A DNA stretch of 61,931 nucleotides, counting the filler, from Choristocarpus tenellus KU-1152 (Eukaryota > Protista > Phaeophyceae), in assembly GCA_964200185.2 (NCBI GenBank). It is 14 parts of 14 records of this genome, joined end to end, with 100 filler letters (N's around TTAATTAATTAA, not from the genome) between each part and the next. Parts side by side here need not be neighbours in the genome. Positions count along the whole stretch, not along the records: positions 9,186 to 14,484 come from CAXNAD020011236.1; positions 14,585 to 19,453 come from CAXNAD020012721.1; positions 19,554 to 23,293 come from CAXNAD020018208.1; positions 23,394 to 26,894 come from CAXNAD020019608.1; 10 more parts are not named here. One strand, given 5' to 3'. The notes below the pieces were generated by a model. That model was not told the DNA's origin and made no database searches. It saw nothing but the letters and a program-made list of their open reading frames with translations. The position numbers and the translations under genes were made by a program. The stretch's first letter is position 1, and each line of letters begins with the position of its first letter. Positions 11,788 through 24,344 of the stretch are shown in pieces.

Positions 11788-14180
11788 CTAGATAGAATCG
11801 GTGTAGTGTGTGTACGTGTTCACGAGGTGTGGTTGCAGACTCTTAGGTCCACAACACAGAGAAGAACTATATATGAGAATACTTGAATTTCATTTTTTAT
11901 CTTATTTTTACCCGCTGACATTTTATACATGTTGCAATGAGGGGGGAAAGAAGCAGCATACAAGGTGGAGAAGACAACAAACACAACGAAAACAACTCTT
12001 ACAGCCGAGTCTGTAATGCCTGTAGGATTTTTCATTTGATTCCCACTGTCATTTAACAGGTATTGTAATCAAGTTAATACTTCGACAAAATTGATAGTAA
12101 CACCTCTCAAAATGCGCTAACTAGGCGACTTATCATCAAGTGGAAGCTTAATACTGACAAAATTCACTTAATATTAGACCAATGCTGTCAGATATTGTAT
12201 TGTTAAGAAGAACATGATGCAACAAATAGAACGCGTACAAATTAGTGGTAAATTAGAGTACTTCAACGCTCCAAATAAATGTTAGGTCCTGCGTTACGCA
12301 GGATGAGCAGTCCAGTGGGATTGATATGCAATAATTGACTGTAAGTATTGCGCGTGTGAAACAACAACGGTACTAATAGATGAACAAAGTGTGAGTAGCA
12401 AAATGAGCTCCCCACCATCCTTAGATTTCAAGAGATCCAGGCCACAGATAAACATGTCAAACGCGCGATTGGAGTTACGGGCTACTGGTTTGTAGGGGCA
12501 ATACGACGATCGACGGATATTAGTATGATAAAAAGTACTCTATAGATGTAAGGCGAACCAAGAACTAGCACTTCCCAGCATACACCATTCTTCCCTGCTA
12601 TGCTTAGCATTTGCTGCCACCTTCCAGCACAATAGTATCTACGTAGTACCTTTCCCCAATCACTTTCACTGCCTCCATACCATAGTATGCTGCAGCATGC
12701 AGCAGTCGCGTCCACATCAGGACAGTAGATACCCATTTCACGAATGACCTTGTGACGACATTCTTTATCGTTTACAGGGTTGTTTCTAAGCAGTCCGTGC
12801 ATATCAACAGGTGGACTCAGAATCCTCATGATCTAGGATTTCAAGTACCTTCAATACACAATAATTACTCCGCCTCAAAATGACTTAGGTTTAACAGAGT
12901 ACTTCTTTTTTGATTGTAATGTATGTGAATCAAATCAACTGAGAGCTAGGCAGGGTTGCGTTTAAGTGCCAAAGTATGCGAGAGGTACCCAGGTTTTGCC
13001 GTTTTTCATTTTAAGACAGTTTATTAATCTTTCGTATTTCGCCCATATTTCTATGGATGAAGTACTATTTTGAGTTGAGAACGTTGTTTTTTTATTTTTG
13101 AACCTTCTTAACACAATTAATCTGTCCCTATTGGAGGTCCCAGCGTGACAAACATTGGGGTCTGAACCTAGGTTGATTCCTGCCTTGGCTAGGAATTCCA
13201 GTTCCGAGGTATCCATCAATATATGTTATTATCCCCTTTGATATTTCGTGGATGTGTTAGGGTGGGGGGGGGGGAAACACCAAAACTATATGATAACAAG
13301 GACTATTATAGATATAAATGTTTGTTGCTAATGCTAATACTAAAGAGCTTCCCTAGAATACTGAGTATATAGGATCAAACAAAATTGAGAGGTGGGTAGG
13401 GTTGCATTTTAAGGATCCTGAGAAAGGGAAAAATGACGGCATTGTGTATAATTAATTTCAGAAAGAGTCTCTAATGAATCGCAGTGTCACTTTGTGTGGA
13501 GAAAGGGTGAGTATCAATTTGTGTCCATCATTATGGACATGAACCAGTGAAATAGAGTGTATTGTGCGGAGTAAGCAATATGGGCTGGATTGGGGAAGGG
13601 TCCAAGCCTTCCTACCTCTCTATATTGTTTTGGCTTATACTGTCTGACAACTAACAATACAGCATGTCCATCAACAGTTTCTCCCTGAGTAATACCGTAC
13701 CACCAACAAAACCGAAACTCGATGCTACAACAACATAAAATAATAAATTATACTACCTGCTTCAATTACATTGTATTAAGTCCACTGACGTTGTAGATGT
13801 CCCAGGGGAGAGAAAAAAGCAAAATGAAGGTCACAAAAAATGTACATATCGTAACTTCATAGATTTCTTCTACAAAAAGAGAGAACTGGACAAAGTCTCT
13901 AGAGATAGAGTTCCCTACAATTCAGTATCCACACTACTATGCCCCAAGCCTAGCCTCACGAAGGTGGGCAGAGGAGCGAGGGAAAAGTTAAAGAGTTTGT
14001 CCGTCTCCACCAGCCAGGTCTCCTCACGCTGAAACGCATTATCCTTCCTAAGTGGCGACCTTCTTTGCAGTTTTAACAATTATTGAAAAAACCTCCATTA
14101 TTGTGGTATTAAATGAAAAACAAAACAGTTGCAAATAGTAGAAGATACGGGTAGCCCACATACATGAAGTGGGGTTGTCA

Positions 14181-14484
14181 TGTTACAGGCGAATAGCGCG
14201 AGCGTTTCTTCTTGTATTTCAACGAAGTGCAAGCGTTTGTTACACGCGAATAGCGCGAGCATTTTCTCCTCATGTGTTAGGAAATACAAACATTTGTAAC
14301 AGACATAAAGTGTGAAGATTGTTTCTCGAGTTCTGACAAGTGCGAACTATATACGATATTAGTAACACATAGGTAACCTCACAGAATAAGTGACTATTTT
14401 AAGGAGATGCAGAGTAAGATTCGGAATACCTAGGTAACATTACAGAGGAAAATTTCAAAGTCACTAAGAAGTTCAAGAATAGAG
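14181..14484 (+). mobile_element. LTR-like repeat (TGTTACAGGCGAATAGCGCGAGC family), cut by contig end
   Basis: Homologous to the reverse complement of 15070-15318 and to 30989-31058, where it follows a purine tract GGGGGGCA like a PPT/3' LTR junction. Confidence 0.6.
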
Positions 14485-14584
14485 NNNNNNNNNNNNNNNN
14501 NNNNNNNNNNNNNNNNNNNNNNNNNNNNTTAATTAATTAANNNNNNNNNNNNNNNNNNNNNNNNNNNNNNNNNNNNNNNNNNNN

Positions 14585-15653
14585 GGAAAGCTTGGTGTTT
14601 GGGGGGGGGTGTGCGCCAAAAATTGCAGACAGGACAAGTAATAACCATAAAAAAGGGGATGTGTATGAGCAGGAATGTACTTTATACCATTTGTGGTACA
14701 GGAAGTGGCACACAGAGGAGTTACTGCCTGCAATCAAGACCAAGATGCCTTGGTTGCAGAGGAAGCACATTGTCATTCAGCAAGACGGTGCCACCCCCCA
14801 CACGGGCAAGGACAACTCAAATCCAACGACCTTAAAACGATGCTTTGGGGACATTGCCCTTGGTAACAGTTTGTAGGGTGTCAGATAGCCTTCTCTCTTG
14901 ATATTCCACTCGGCGCTTAGCTCAAAGCTCAACCCAAAGTTTCGTTCAAGATAAAAAGACTGGCTAAGAGAGGTAAAGGATTTTGACCAAAAGCCCTCTT
15001 ATTATTTTCGTCATCCACCCAATTTCTTTGGTCTTCTATGCAACTGCTCTATACGTACTCCAATCATACACCTTTATTCAGCACCTTCTTAGGAACTTTG
15101 ACATTTTCTTCCGCAATGTTACGTATACATTACGAATCTTACTCTCTATCTTCTGCGAAATCAGCATTTATTCTGTAAGGCTGCCTATGTGTTACTAATA
15201 TCGTATATTGTTAGAACTTGTTAGAACACGAGAGACAATCCTCGCACTATACGTCTGTCACAAATGTTCATGTTTGCTAAAACATGAGAAGAAATGCTCG
15301 CGCTATTCGCCTGTAACACTAACTCCCCCGACCTCAATATCATGGACCTGTACTTTCTCAGATCTTTGAAATGCTGAGTGATGGGGAAGTGGTTTGGGTC
15401 CGTTAAGGAGATGGTGAAGGTCATTAAGAAACATTGTGAGGAGTATGATGAAACCACACTTGAGAGGGCTTGGCAGCTCCTTTTTGTGGTGTACAATCAA
15501 GTACTTATATACAAACAGGGGAATGACTTGAGTGTGGGGCACATAGGGGTAAGGAAGAGGCAGTTGTCTGGTGAGCTTGAAAACATGTCGAAGGTAGACA
15601 TGGAGGCCTTTTCTGTGGCTGATGAAATGGTGATGGATGGGGAGTTATTATAA
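14585..15653 (+). pseudogene. Second decayed mariner-type transposase, interrupted by an insertion
   Basis: LLPAIKTKMPW..IVIQQDGATPHTGKDN (to about 14815), then NSPDLNIMDLYFLRSLK (15321) and ETTLERAWQLLFVVYNQVL; colinear with 4290-4780. Confidence 0.88.
15070..15318 (-). mobile_element. LTR-like repeat inserted in the mariner transposase
   Basis: Ends GCTCGCGCTATTCGCCTGTAACA, the reverse complement of the 14181/14238 repeat start; left boundary uncertain (insertion may begin near 14820). Confidence 0.6.
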
Positions 15654-16341
15654 TAAAAAAGAGCTGACCCTAACCAGAAACTCGTCAAGGATTCCAAGTC
15701 TTCTTTCAGAAATCAATTTCATCATCTTCAAACGTTATGGACATCGCGGCGCAGACTTATGGCACGGAGGTAGTATATGGTGAGTAGATACTAGTGACGG
15801 AAATTAGGCGATAATGGTATGTATGCTGAAATCATCAGCGGAAAGTGGTTTCATAGTTGGTATGGTAAGAAAGTGACAGTTTGATTGTGTGGTATAGAGT
15901 GAGTGGTGTGACGTCAGTTGAGGGGAGGGGAGTGGATGTAAGGCTAAGACGAAGCTGAATAGTTGATCCAGAATTCGTGAGCGAAGCAAATGAATTAAGG
16001 ATGATATAAAACTATGCATACTGTGAAGAATTATGATAGGAATCTGTGTCTTGTGTGAGCATACGGAATTCGAGACCATAGATATAGGAATGATTGGTAG
16101 CAATGGACCGCTCACACAATCCATGGATGTCATTGCTTTCTCAAGTTTTTGAGGTGACACGACTTGGTGAAGGTCGTAAGTATACCCAGTGTTCGTAAGA
16201 ACCCAGTCGTGATATACGCAATACAAGATGTCTATAGCTCTATGGCTCACTCTTAAAAAATATTGTGTTCCAGTAATGTTATTTGAGCAGAGGACAAAAC
16301 CACACATTACAACACTCATCGGTCAGAAAAGTATCTGATAT

Positions 16342-16520
16342 GCCCAGAGTATCCTAGAGGGGGCGGGTAGCCTAGACTTGATTGGGTGTAAGAATGCCCC
16401 AGTTTGATACCCGTCTTGCCTTACAGCTGACACGTTCACTCAAATGGCGTGAAAATGACTACAGGTTCACAAACGTCCGTGTGGACACCTGACATCCCCT
16501 CTAGGATAATATTTCGATAT
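16342..16520. mobile_element. Degenerate MITE related to family A
   Basis: Inverted motif TATCCTAGAGGGG ... CCCCTCTAGGATA resembles the family A TIR core GTATCTTAGAGGG. Confidence 0.4.
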
Positions 16521-17384
16521 ATATGTGCCATATAAATGTGTGCATCATCAAATGTCTCGAAGCAATAGACTCATAGAGCTCCATTGTTCTCTTATTATGC
16601 GTGAGAGTGCAGCCTGGATCTATTTAACTCTATTTCGCCTTCAACACCGATCTGAAAAAATGGTGCCACTCTAAAAAAGGGAGGTGGCGAGGAAGACTTG
16701 CCCACCCACTACCATCACCATCATCCCTATCACTATCCTGCGTCTCAGTCTGTTCTCCTGGCAATTCACCCCCTTCCTCACCAGTCTTCCTTTCAGTGGT
16801 GCTTCTAGCACAAATTTCACTAGCTATCCCTGAGGTCCTGCGCCAACGCCAACTACGTCTTCCTACTCTATCCTAGTTGCAGTCATTGAGGTAATTTGTC
16901 CAGGTTGACATTTGTGTCTAGTGAAAAGCAGTGGTCTGGGGGTGATGGTGGAAATGAGGCAACGACCTGAGACAGCGAAGTTTTGCTGCGCACGGCATGT
17001 ATGTCCAATGTATGCAGAAGAGGTATCATGTGCTGGGTTCCTAGGTGACCACGAATGGGGTTCCAACTAGAACAGCTACTGGTACCCTAGACAGACATGT
17101 CTGTCCACAATAAGGCGTATCTGTCCAATATGACCGAAAACTCTTAGAAAATGCTCCCACAGTTCTGGTGATGGGGTATGTAGCTCTAATACACAAACCT
17201 GTACGCTGATGAGACTCGAAGATGGCGCCATAATGGAAATATTGTAACGTATGCTGGATTTATCACTTCGATTATTCCCTTTATGAGTTAATTGAGATAT
17301 GGAAAAAAACTTGACAAACGGTCAATGGATAGTCTTACAATCACTACATAATATATAGCCAAGAAGCGCAACATGTGAAACCTA

Positions 17385-18968
17385 TAGTGGTACCAATAGC
17401 TTATGCGTCTGGGGTTGTCCCGTCATAGCTTTTGACGTAGACAACGGATTTTACGAAAGTTAAAAGCTTTCGTGATGCCCGTCACAAGGACCTCCAGAGA
17501 ACGGACTTCATTTTTGTTTTTCGCCATTTTTTTTTTTGAAGAAAGACCTTTCATATTGGGGTTCGACCCTGGATTGTAGGTCACCAAGAGTGGCAACAGA
17601 TACACTATTACTTGATTAAAGTATAGGGTTTAGACAGGAAAAAAGCCTCCCCGCCCTTTTTTTCCCGTGTGTTCGCGAACCCACTCTTTGACCTCGGCAA
17701 GGATGTCCTCGTCGAGGCCCAGAACGAAACGCCTCTCGTCTCAACCTTGCTCCGAGACCTTGATGTGGCCCTTAGTTAGGAAGTCTCTCTCCCATTTACT
17801 CACAATTTCAAACCTGACCATCACATATCCTGCTGCCATCTCAAGCGCCGTTTGACGGTCTTTCCCGCCGTTCATACACAGGTACAGGATTCGCAGTGTA
17901 AGAGCTTTTACTATCACATTTCCTTATTGAGCACCGGAAATGGGTTACCTTCTTTCGGGCTTCAGAGCCCTTGTAGCCCAACCCTAACATCTTCTTTCTC
18001 GCTTCCTAAGCCACCCTGGCTCACATAGCCTTCCAAACAGCTAAGGTCTGCAGCAACTGTCGACTACTGAGACATTCTACACCCGGGTTTTCGCTTAGGC
18101 GTTTCCTGAGCGCAATGGCACGCAGTCGTACTCATCTCCTCCTCAACCTTTCCTTCAGCCATTCACTCTGGTTCTCCCTTCGCCCACTGTGACCAGGCTT
18201 CCCCACAGACTTCGTCACTGTACCACACCTGGTGATGGACTCACTACTCTCTTCCTGCTTTCCCGAGGTGGCAGAGACTGTAGAGCAGTGCTCCAACGTG
18301 GTTGAAGATCCAACCACATTTGTGTGGTAATGCTCTCCATGCATTTTCTCTCAGCGCCAGTGTCGCGGCTGCGTGGTTCATTGTGCGATTTCATCATGCT
18401 GCTACGCCACAGTACACGCACTTTCTTATCGCCTAACATCGCACTGAGTTTCACACAGTACTCGTTTTTCCGTCCCTCTCGACAGAGAAGGTGCCCAGGG
18501 TAGATCCAGAGGACAGAGTGGCCTCGGCAGCTCTTCTTGTCTCTCCGTCGCGGTTCATGTTGTTGTTGTATAAGTCACGTGTGTGTGTCCTCACAGAAAG
18601 TCTGCAAAGGGCGTTAAGAAGATGTCCCGAAATCTTGAAATTTTTTACGGTACAGCCACATCACCCAAACTTGGGCAGGGATCTACCCCGGACCAGTTTT
18701 CTGCAAGGAGTTCAGAAAACTACTTAATTTTTTGTCCGTTTTGAAGTCGTGACCTTCAAAATTGCGCCGGAGATATTCCCCGCGTTTTTTTCATTTTTTG
18801 ATCGGAACATAGGTCCCGTTTCCCGAAGCCTCGACATTCGTGGGTATAAACCTTCAAAAGCTCTTATCATACCCTTTCATTTGATGCATATATTGTTGTA
18901 TATCTATTGCGGCTATACGGTGAAAAAAATCAAGATTACCACAGACCGCAAAGCTATTGGTACCACTT
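17385..18968 (-). mobile_element. Internally deleted Tc1/ITm-type DNA transposon
   Basis: TIRs AGTGGTACCAATAGCTT..GTCTG.GGT at both ends, TA outside each end; the minus strand keeps a transposase-like N-terminal remnant (VSKWERDFLTKGHIKVSEQG*DERRFVLGLDEDILAEVKEWVREH) and no DDE domain. Confidence 0.7.
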
Positions 18969-20466
18969 TAGGAACTCCAACTTCATAAATGGCATATATT
19001 AAAGGGGCATTGAGACCCGTCGCCTGCAACAAAACCGTCTCCAGTTTGGAAAAAAAAAATTAAATGGCCTGAGTTTTGTGCGCGAGATAATTCAGAATGA
19101 TAGTTGAGTAAACTGCCTAAAGTTGTGACGAGAAAAAGAAGAGTTTAGGGAGGGTGGGCGAAAGGTTACAAACTGGATGACTCAAAGGGCAAATCTGGTA
19201 ATTGAGAAAGTTAGTAGGAGTGGCGTTGAAGTGCATAAGCTTGGAAGAGAGCGGACAAAAGAGAAGGAGCGAGTCAAGTTTGGGGAAGGACCAGTGGGGC
19301 AGGCTAAAGGCCAAAACTGAGCTATCTTTCCCACCCACACACACCCTCTCAATGGCTCATAATTGAGTGGGTTGATGGGGGGGGGGGGTCTACACGAGGG
19401 TGTCCATTTGTGTCAAAACCTGGAAAAGTGTATTTACATTATCCATCCGACGTNNNNNNNNNNNNNNNNNNNNNNNNNNNNNNNNNNNNNNNNNNNNTTA
19501 ATTAATTAANNNNNNNNNNNNNNNNNNNNNNNNNNNNNNNNNNNNNNNNNNNNGGGGGGGGGGGGGAAGGGTAGAAATATTGAGTTACAACTATTACACC
19601 ATTCAATTGCAACCGCCACAGTTCAGTTCAAACTCCTCTTTTTTATTTTTTCAGATGTATCATGTTCGAAGCCCTTTAAAATAACAGAAATATTAATGCT
19701 AATACTATAACCCATTGATTTTTGCCTTACAATAAAAAAGAAAACATCACTACCCTAACCCTAACCCTCATAGTGTAATGCCTGCTTAGAACCTCAAAGT
19801 ACACTAGTCCATAAAGTACATGACAAAATCGTTCATGGCAGGCTAGAAGAAATCAGGACTATGATGGATTCAGTGACTGCCTCAGACTTCACTGTATTGG
19901 TAAGAGAGAGGGCAGCTTGTATTGCACCACATCACTAAAGGTCAGAAAAACCCAGACAATCCCAATCCCTGCAATATACATATGAAAACCTTGATCTGTG
20001 TCGACAGAAATGATAAAGCTGCAAAACTGAACATGAGCAGCATGACCTCTTACAAATACCATGGGATGTTATTGTCAGAAGGCAACACTGAGGTACAGGC
20101 TGATAGGACAGGATAGAAGCAGCACTACAGTACAAAAGAGAAAAAAGTAAAAACTTTCAGTCGGTTACACTCCCTCTGACCCTAACCCTAACCCTAACCC
20201 TCTATACCTACCCATCTACATCTATGTAAGAGATATCTGTTTACAGGTAGGTATGGCAATATCTGCCAAGGTTGGTATCTCTCCAAGAAACATGAAACAT
20301 GCACACAAACTGATATAGCATTTTCTTGCCTCATGAAAAGGTAACTCAGAGCACCCAATTGGTTTCATCCTCTCAATAAGGTACACCTCTAATCAGATCG
20401 ACTTGTCCACTATTGTAGGGGTCAATTAAATTGAAACCACTGCCAAAAACCCAGCCACACCAAGAA

Positions 20467-20498
20467 CTAACCCTAACCCTAACCCTAACCCTAACCCT
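20467..20498 (+). repeat. Interstitial telomere-like (CCCTAA)n (representative)
   Basis: Similar arrays at 19753, 20179, 20768, 21253, 34571, 55417, 55753-55819 and 58758; G-strand version at 57641-57762. Confidence 0.9.
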
Positions 20499-20791
20499 TA
20501 CCATACAAATAATCTAAAAATAAAAATCATACGGACTATCAGGAGATACACTTAAACCACTCAGATGTCTGGATGTATCTCAAGGTCTATACCCTCCAAT
20601 TTCTTTCTTGCTCTGACCTTAGTTTGCACAAGTCAGAATAAAGATACACCTCTTATTGGACAGAGGGATTGGTGTCTAGGTACAGTATGTATTGAGGGGG
20701 GAGGGGGAAGGGTTAGCCTATGACAGCAGCTCCACAAACGAATCCCAACCAACTAATTAAATAAACACCCCTAACCCTAACCCTAACTCAC

Positions 20792-20919
20792 CAAGGAGAT
20801 TGTTGTAGAAGACCATCCCAAACTTAGGAAGAGGAATGTACTTGGTGGCTGCTTTCATTGAAAGAACATAACTTGCTGTGCAGAATACATTCCCACCCAT
20901 CCACAAGTATCCCACCAAA
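20792..20919 (-). CDS. GONST/VRG4-type (SLC35D) nucleotide-sugar transporter, third visible exon
   Basis: tag| ... |gtgagt; LVGYLWMGGNVFCTASYVLSMKAATKYIPLPKFGMVFYNNLL (GYxW..N....A.Y.L and M..YNNLL motifs); phase fits the previous exon. Confidence 0.9.
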
Positions 20920-21719
20920 CTATGGTAAAGGGATCAATCAACAGGATACCATACAGTACACCAAGAGAAAGGACCATTAGAGTGTCTCACCCCCAGCCAG
21001 ACAGGACAATACCAAGAGGAACAGGGAGGGTGGGAGGAGGAGAGAGAGAGGAGTCAATTGGCTATACCCAATATACACAACATACACAATCTGAGGGTAC
21101 CTAGCCCAGCAAGGTGCATTTTGATCTGGAACGGTCTAGTATTGTTACTCTCCCAGTCCTCTCTCATGTACCCTACTTTGAAATCAACCCAATGGGAGTA
21201 GTAAGAATAATAACTATTAGTAAATATCCATCACAACAATTACATTTCGAAGCCTAACCCTAACCCTAACCCTAACCCTAACCAACATATGGTACTGGAG
21301 TGCATATGGTACTGGAGTGAAGAGCCTAGATAAAGGAAGTAAAAAATGTGACAGATAAATCCACACCTTCAAGATATCATCACCAAAAACAGTCCTCTCA
21401 GCATACTCCAATCAAATTATATAGCAGTGTAGTAGTACAATACAAAGAACATCAACCCTAACCCTACACACAGCCAGGCAACAGAAAACACAGAACGGCT
21501 CTCTAGCCCTATAACCCTGAACAACATAAACATGAATGTATGAATAACTAATACAAAGATGAATCAGAAATCAAATTTATGAAACAAAATAAATTATAAC
21601 AGAACTCTGAACCACTCTTGAATTTGTTTCTAAAAGGTGCTGCCCACAGCCTTCCTGGACCCCCAAAACAATCCCGACTTGTCTGCACACGTGCTAGAAG
21701 GACAGCAACTACATCCTGG

Positions 21720-21950
21720 TACTGTATACTGCATTCTGTATATTGTATACTTTATGCTGCATATTGTATACTGCATACATTACGCTGTATTGTGTATACT
21801 TCATACTGTATTGTGTATATTTCATACTGTATTTTGTATGCTTCACACTATATTGTGTATACTTCATACTGTATTGTGTGTATTTCATACTTTATTGTGT
21901 ATACTTCATGCTGTATTGTGTATACCTCATACTGTATTGTGTATACTTTA
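21720..21950. repeat. Intronic minisatellite, about 21-bp unit (TATTGTGTATACTTCATACTG)
   Basis: Direct tandem copies; source of spurious Y/C/I-rich ORFs. Confidence 0.9.
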
Positions 21951-22015
21951 CACTTTCTAGCAAACACCAGAGAGTAAAGAGACGACCAAAGTATATCAAA
22001 AACAATACAAGTTAC

Positions 22016-22164
22016 CTAAAGGATAGATCCTCCCTCCCTGCAAGGAATGCCCCGCCAACCATAATGGCAATGCTGGTCATGATGAGAAATGAAATAGGTT
22101 GGTCATTCAGCCACCAATCACCAAAGACAATCAACACATTAGCCATGCTCTTGAATGCTGTAAC
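22016..22164 (-). CDS. GONST/VRG4-type transporter, second visible exon
   Basis: cag|VTAFKSMANVLIVFGDWWLNDQPISFLIMTSIAIMVGGAFLAGREDLSF(S)|gtaact. Confidence 0.9.
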
Positions 22165-23065
22165 CTGAGGGGTAGGTAGGTATGTCCAGGATGGGGGGAC
22201 AGAGATGCACAGGTAAAATAATTAAAATAATTATGGTCTTCCCTTCAGTGAGGTAAGGACGGTTAGGATAAGGGGTTAAGTTTGATGAGCCATTGATGAG
22301 CCATTAATGAACCATTGATGAATCGCTTCGTTACCTCACTAAGAAAAAAATAAAATAATTTAAGTTTTATTAATTTTGGTGTTACAATAATAATAAAAAT
22401 ATTCACATTATTCAGAGAGGTCCCAGACCCATGGTTGAAAGGTACTAAGAGAAAGAGTGATAATAATACACAGACCTCGAGGGACAAAAATTAAATTCCA
22501 TACAAGAAAAAGTAAAAAATAAAATAAAACAAAAAGGTACTCAAGTCTATTTTTGTCCGGATAATCAGTATGAGAACAATAATAATAGTCATACAAATAA
22601 TAGTAAGAACAGTAATAATAGTAATAATAACACTTCAGTCAGTCAGGTCTGTCCAATCCATATTCTTTGTTCACTACACTGGAGGAAAAAAATAAAAAAG
22701 CACAAAAAAGTATGCCATATTTTATTTCAATACACAACACAAAAAAATATCTATTTTCTAGTACCTGTGGCATATCTTACAAAGTATGGTACTACTCTGT
22801 TAATCACAGGCACAGGGTTAGGGAAGGGATGGGATGAACTATGCAAACAAACACGTATCTTAATAACAAACTGGTTCTTAAGACATCCGACCGACCGTCT
22901 GCCAACTCATCCAGACACGCAACAAAAAATTGAAAAAAATGATGACAGCTGTTGACTTCATTCTAAACAAGAGCAATTTTCCCATTTGATAGCACAATAC
23001 AACAGCAGGTTTGAGACTTTTTTAAATATGCCACATGAGAAGTGTTTTTATGACCAAAGGCTCAC

Positions 23066-23230
23066 CATGGGAACAGTAAGATTCCCCAATGCCATGAAGG
23101 ATGTGAACAACATTGCACAGAACAGGCTCACAATGGGCAGCCACCTCAAGGCCATCTTCAGCTGAAAGGGTTCATACTCAACAATGCCAAATAGCCTTGA
23201 GACTTCAACCAGGATGGCAGCAACAAAGCA
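23066..23230 (-). CDS. GONST/VRG4-type transporter, first visible exon
   Basis: cag|CFVAAILVEVSRLFGIVEYEPFQLKMALRWLPIVSLFCAMLFTSFMALGNLTVPM|gtgagc. Confidence 0.9.
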
Positions 23231-23517
23231 CTGTTGTATTTTTCAGAGCAGTTTTCAGTAGGGGGGGGGGGGGGGGGGGGGGGACTGATCGCTNNNNNNN
23301 NNNNNNNNNNNNNNNNNNNNNNNNNNNNNNNNNNNNNTTAATTAATTAANNNNNNNNNNNNNNNNNNNNNNNNNNNNNNNNNNNNNNNNNNNNCTCCCTC
23401 CCAGATACTTTGGGTCATAATATACAATATTTTGAACAATATGAACCTCTCCGCCTGAATATCCTCAATGCTGCACTTTCTACCTCCCCTGCCCCCTCCT
23501 ATCCTCCTCAACGACCT

Positions 23518-23773
23518 GAGTCAAAGTATCTTAGAGGGTAGGGTCACGTCCATTTGGGATCGAATTCCAATGTTGCGATTTTGATGAAATTTTGGCTATC
23601 ACGTTTTTTAGGAAGTGTCAATATCCTTGTTCTGGACACACCTTTCCATAACGTATACATTCTACCTATTCTACACATTTTGGAGTAGGAATATGTCATG
23701 AAAAAAACATGGGAAGCCAAGCCCCAAATGGATAGACAGGGCAAAACTCGTGCCCTCTAAGATACTTTCACTC
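23518..23773. mobile_element. MITE family A, complete (256 bp)
   Basis: 23-bp TIR GAGT(C/G)AAAGTATCTTAGAGGG(T/C)A; perfect 4-bp TSD ACCT. Confidence 0.93.
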
Positions 23774-23899
23774 ACCTCTCCCTTTTGTCAACAACAATCT
23801 ACGTTGTTCTCCTCTTTCCCCTCAACGACTTGTCGGGATTGCTAACGGAAACATACTCGCTCTTCCTGCTCCCCTGGCCTCTATCCCAATCTCCCTTTG

Positions 23900-24156
23900 G
23901 ACTGAAAGTATCTTAGAGGGTGCAAGTTTTGCCCTATATGTCCATTTGGGGCTTGACTTCCCTCAGGGTTTTTATGACATTTTCCTACTCCAAAATGTTT
24001 CGGAGTAGGTAAATTTATATGTTCTGAAAAGGTATGTCCGGAGCAAGGATATTGACACTTCCTAACAAACACGATAGCCAAAATTACATCAAAATCGCAA
24101 CATTGGTTTTTGGCCCCCAAATGGACGCGGCTCTACCCTCTAAGATACTTTGGCTC
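23900..24156. mobile_element. MITE family A, complete (257 bp), inverted relative to 23518 copy
   Basis: Same TIR; perfect 4-bp TSD TTTG; internal hairpin CCTACTCCAAAATGTTTCGGAGTAGG. Confidence 0.93.
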
Positions 24157-24206
24157 TTTGCCCTTATCAAACCTTGAAGTCGCATGAGGCCATCTGATTG
24201 ATAGTT

Positions 24207-24344
24207 TTGTGCGTGGTTGCCGCGTAGAAGGTACACCTCTCTAGGGTAAGTTACCTCCATGGCGAGCATCAGGAAGCAAACTTTGAAGGAGAAATCGCCG
24301 TGGTCCACAAAATCTCCCACGAAAAGGTAGTTGTTTAGCAGGGT
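24207..24344 (-). pseudogene. PPP-family Ser/Thr phosphatase exon remnant
   Basis: NNYLFVGDFVDHG...YPREVYLLRGNHA; canonical GDFVDRG and RGNHE carry R>H and E>A changes; no other exons seen. Confidence 0.8.

Noticed and set aside
21618-22168. Long Y/C/I/L-rich ORFs (also 56847-57249, 33239-33859, 55570-56016)
   Set aside because: Translations of minisatellites and microsatellites in introns.
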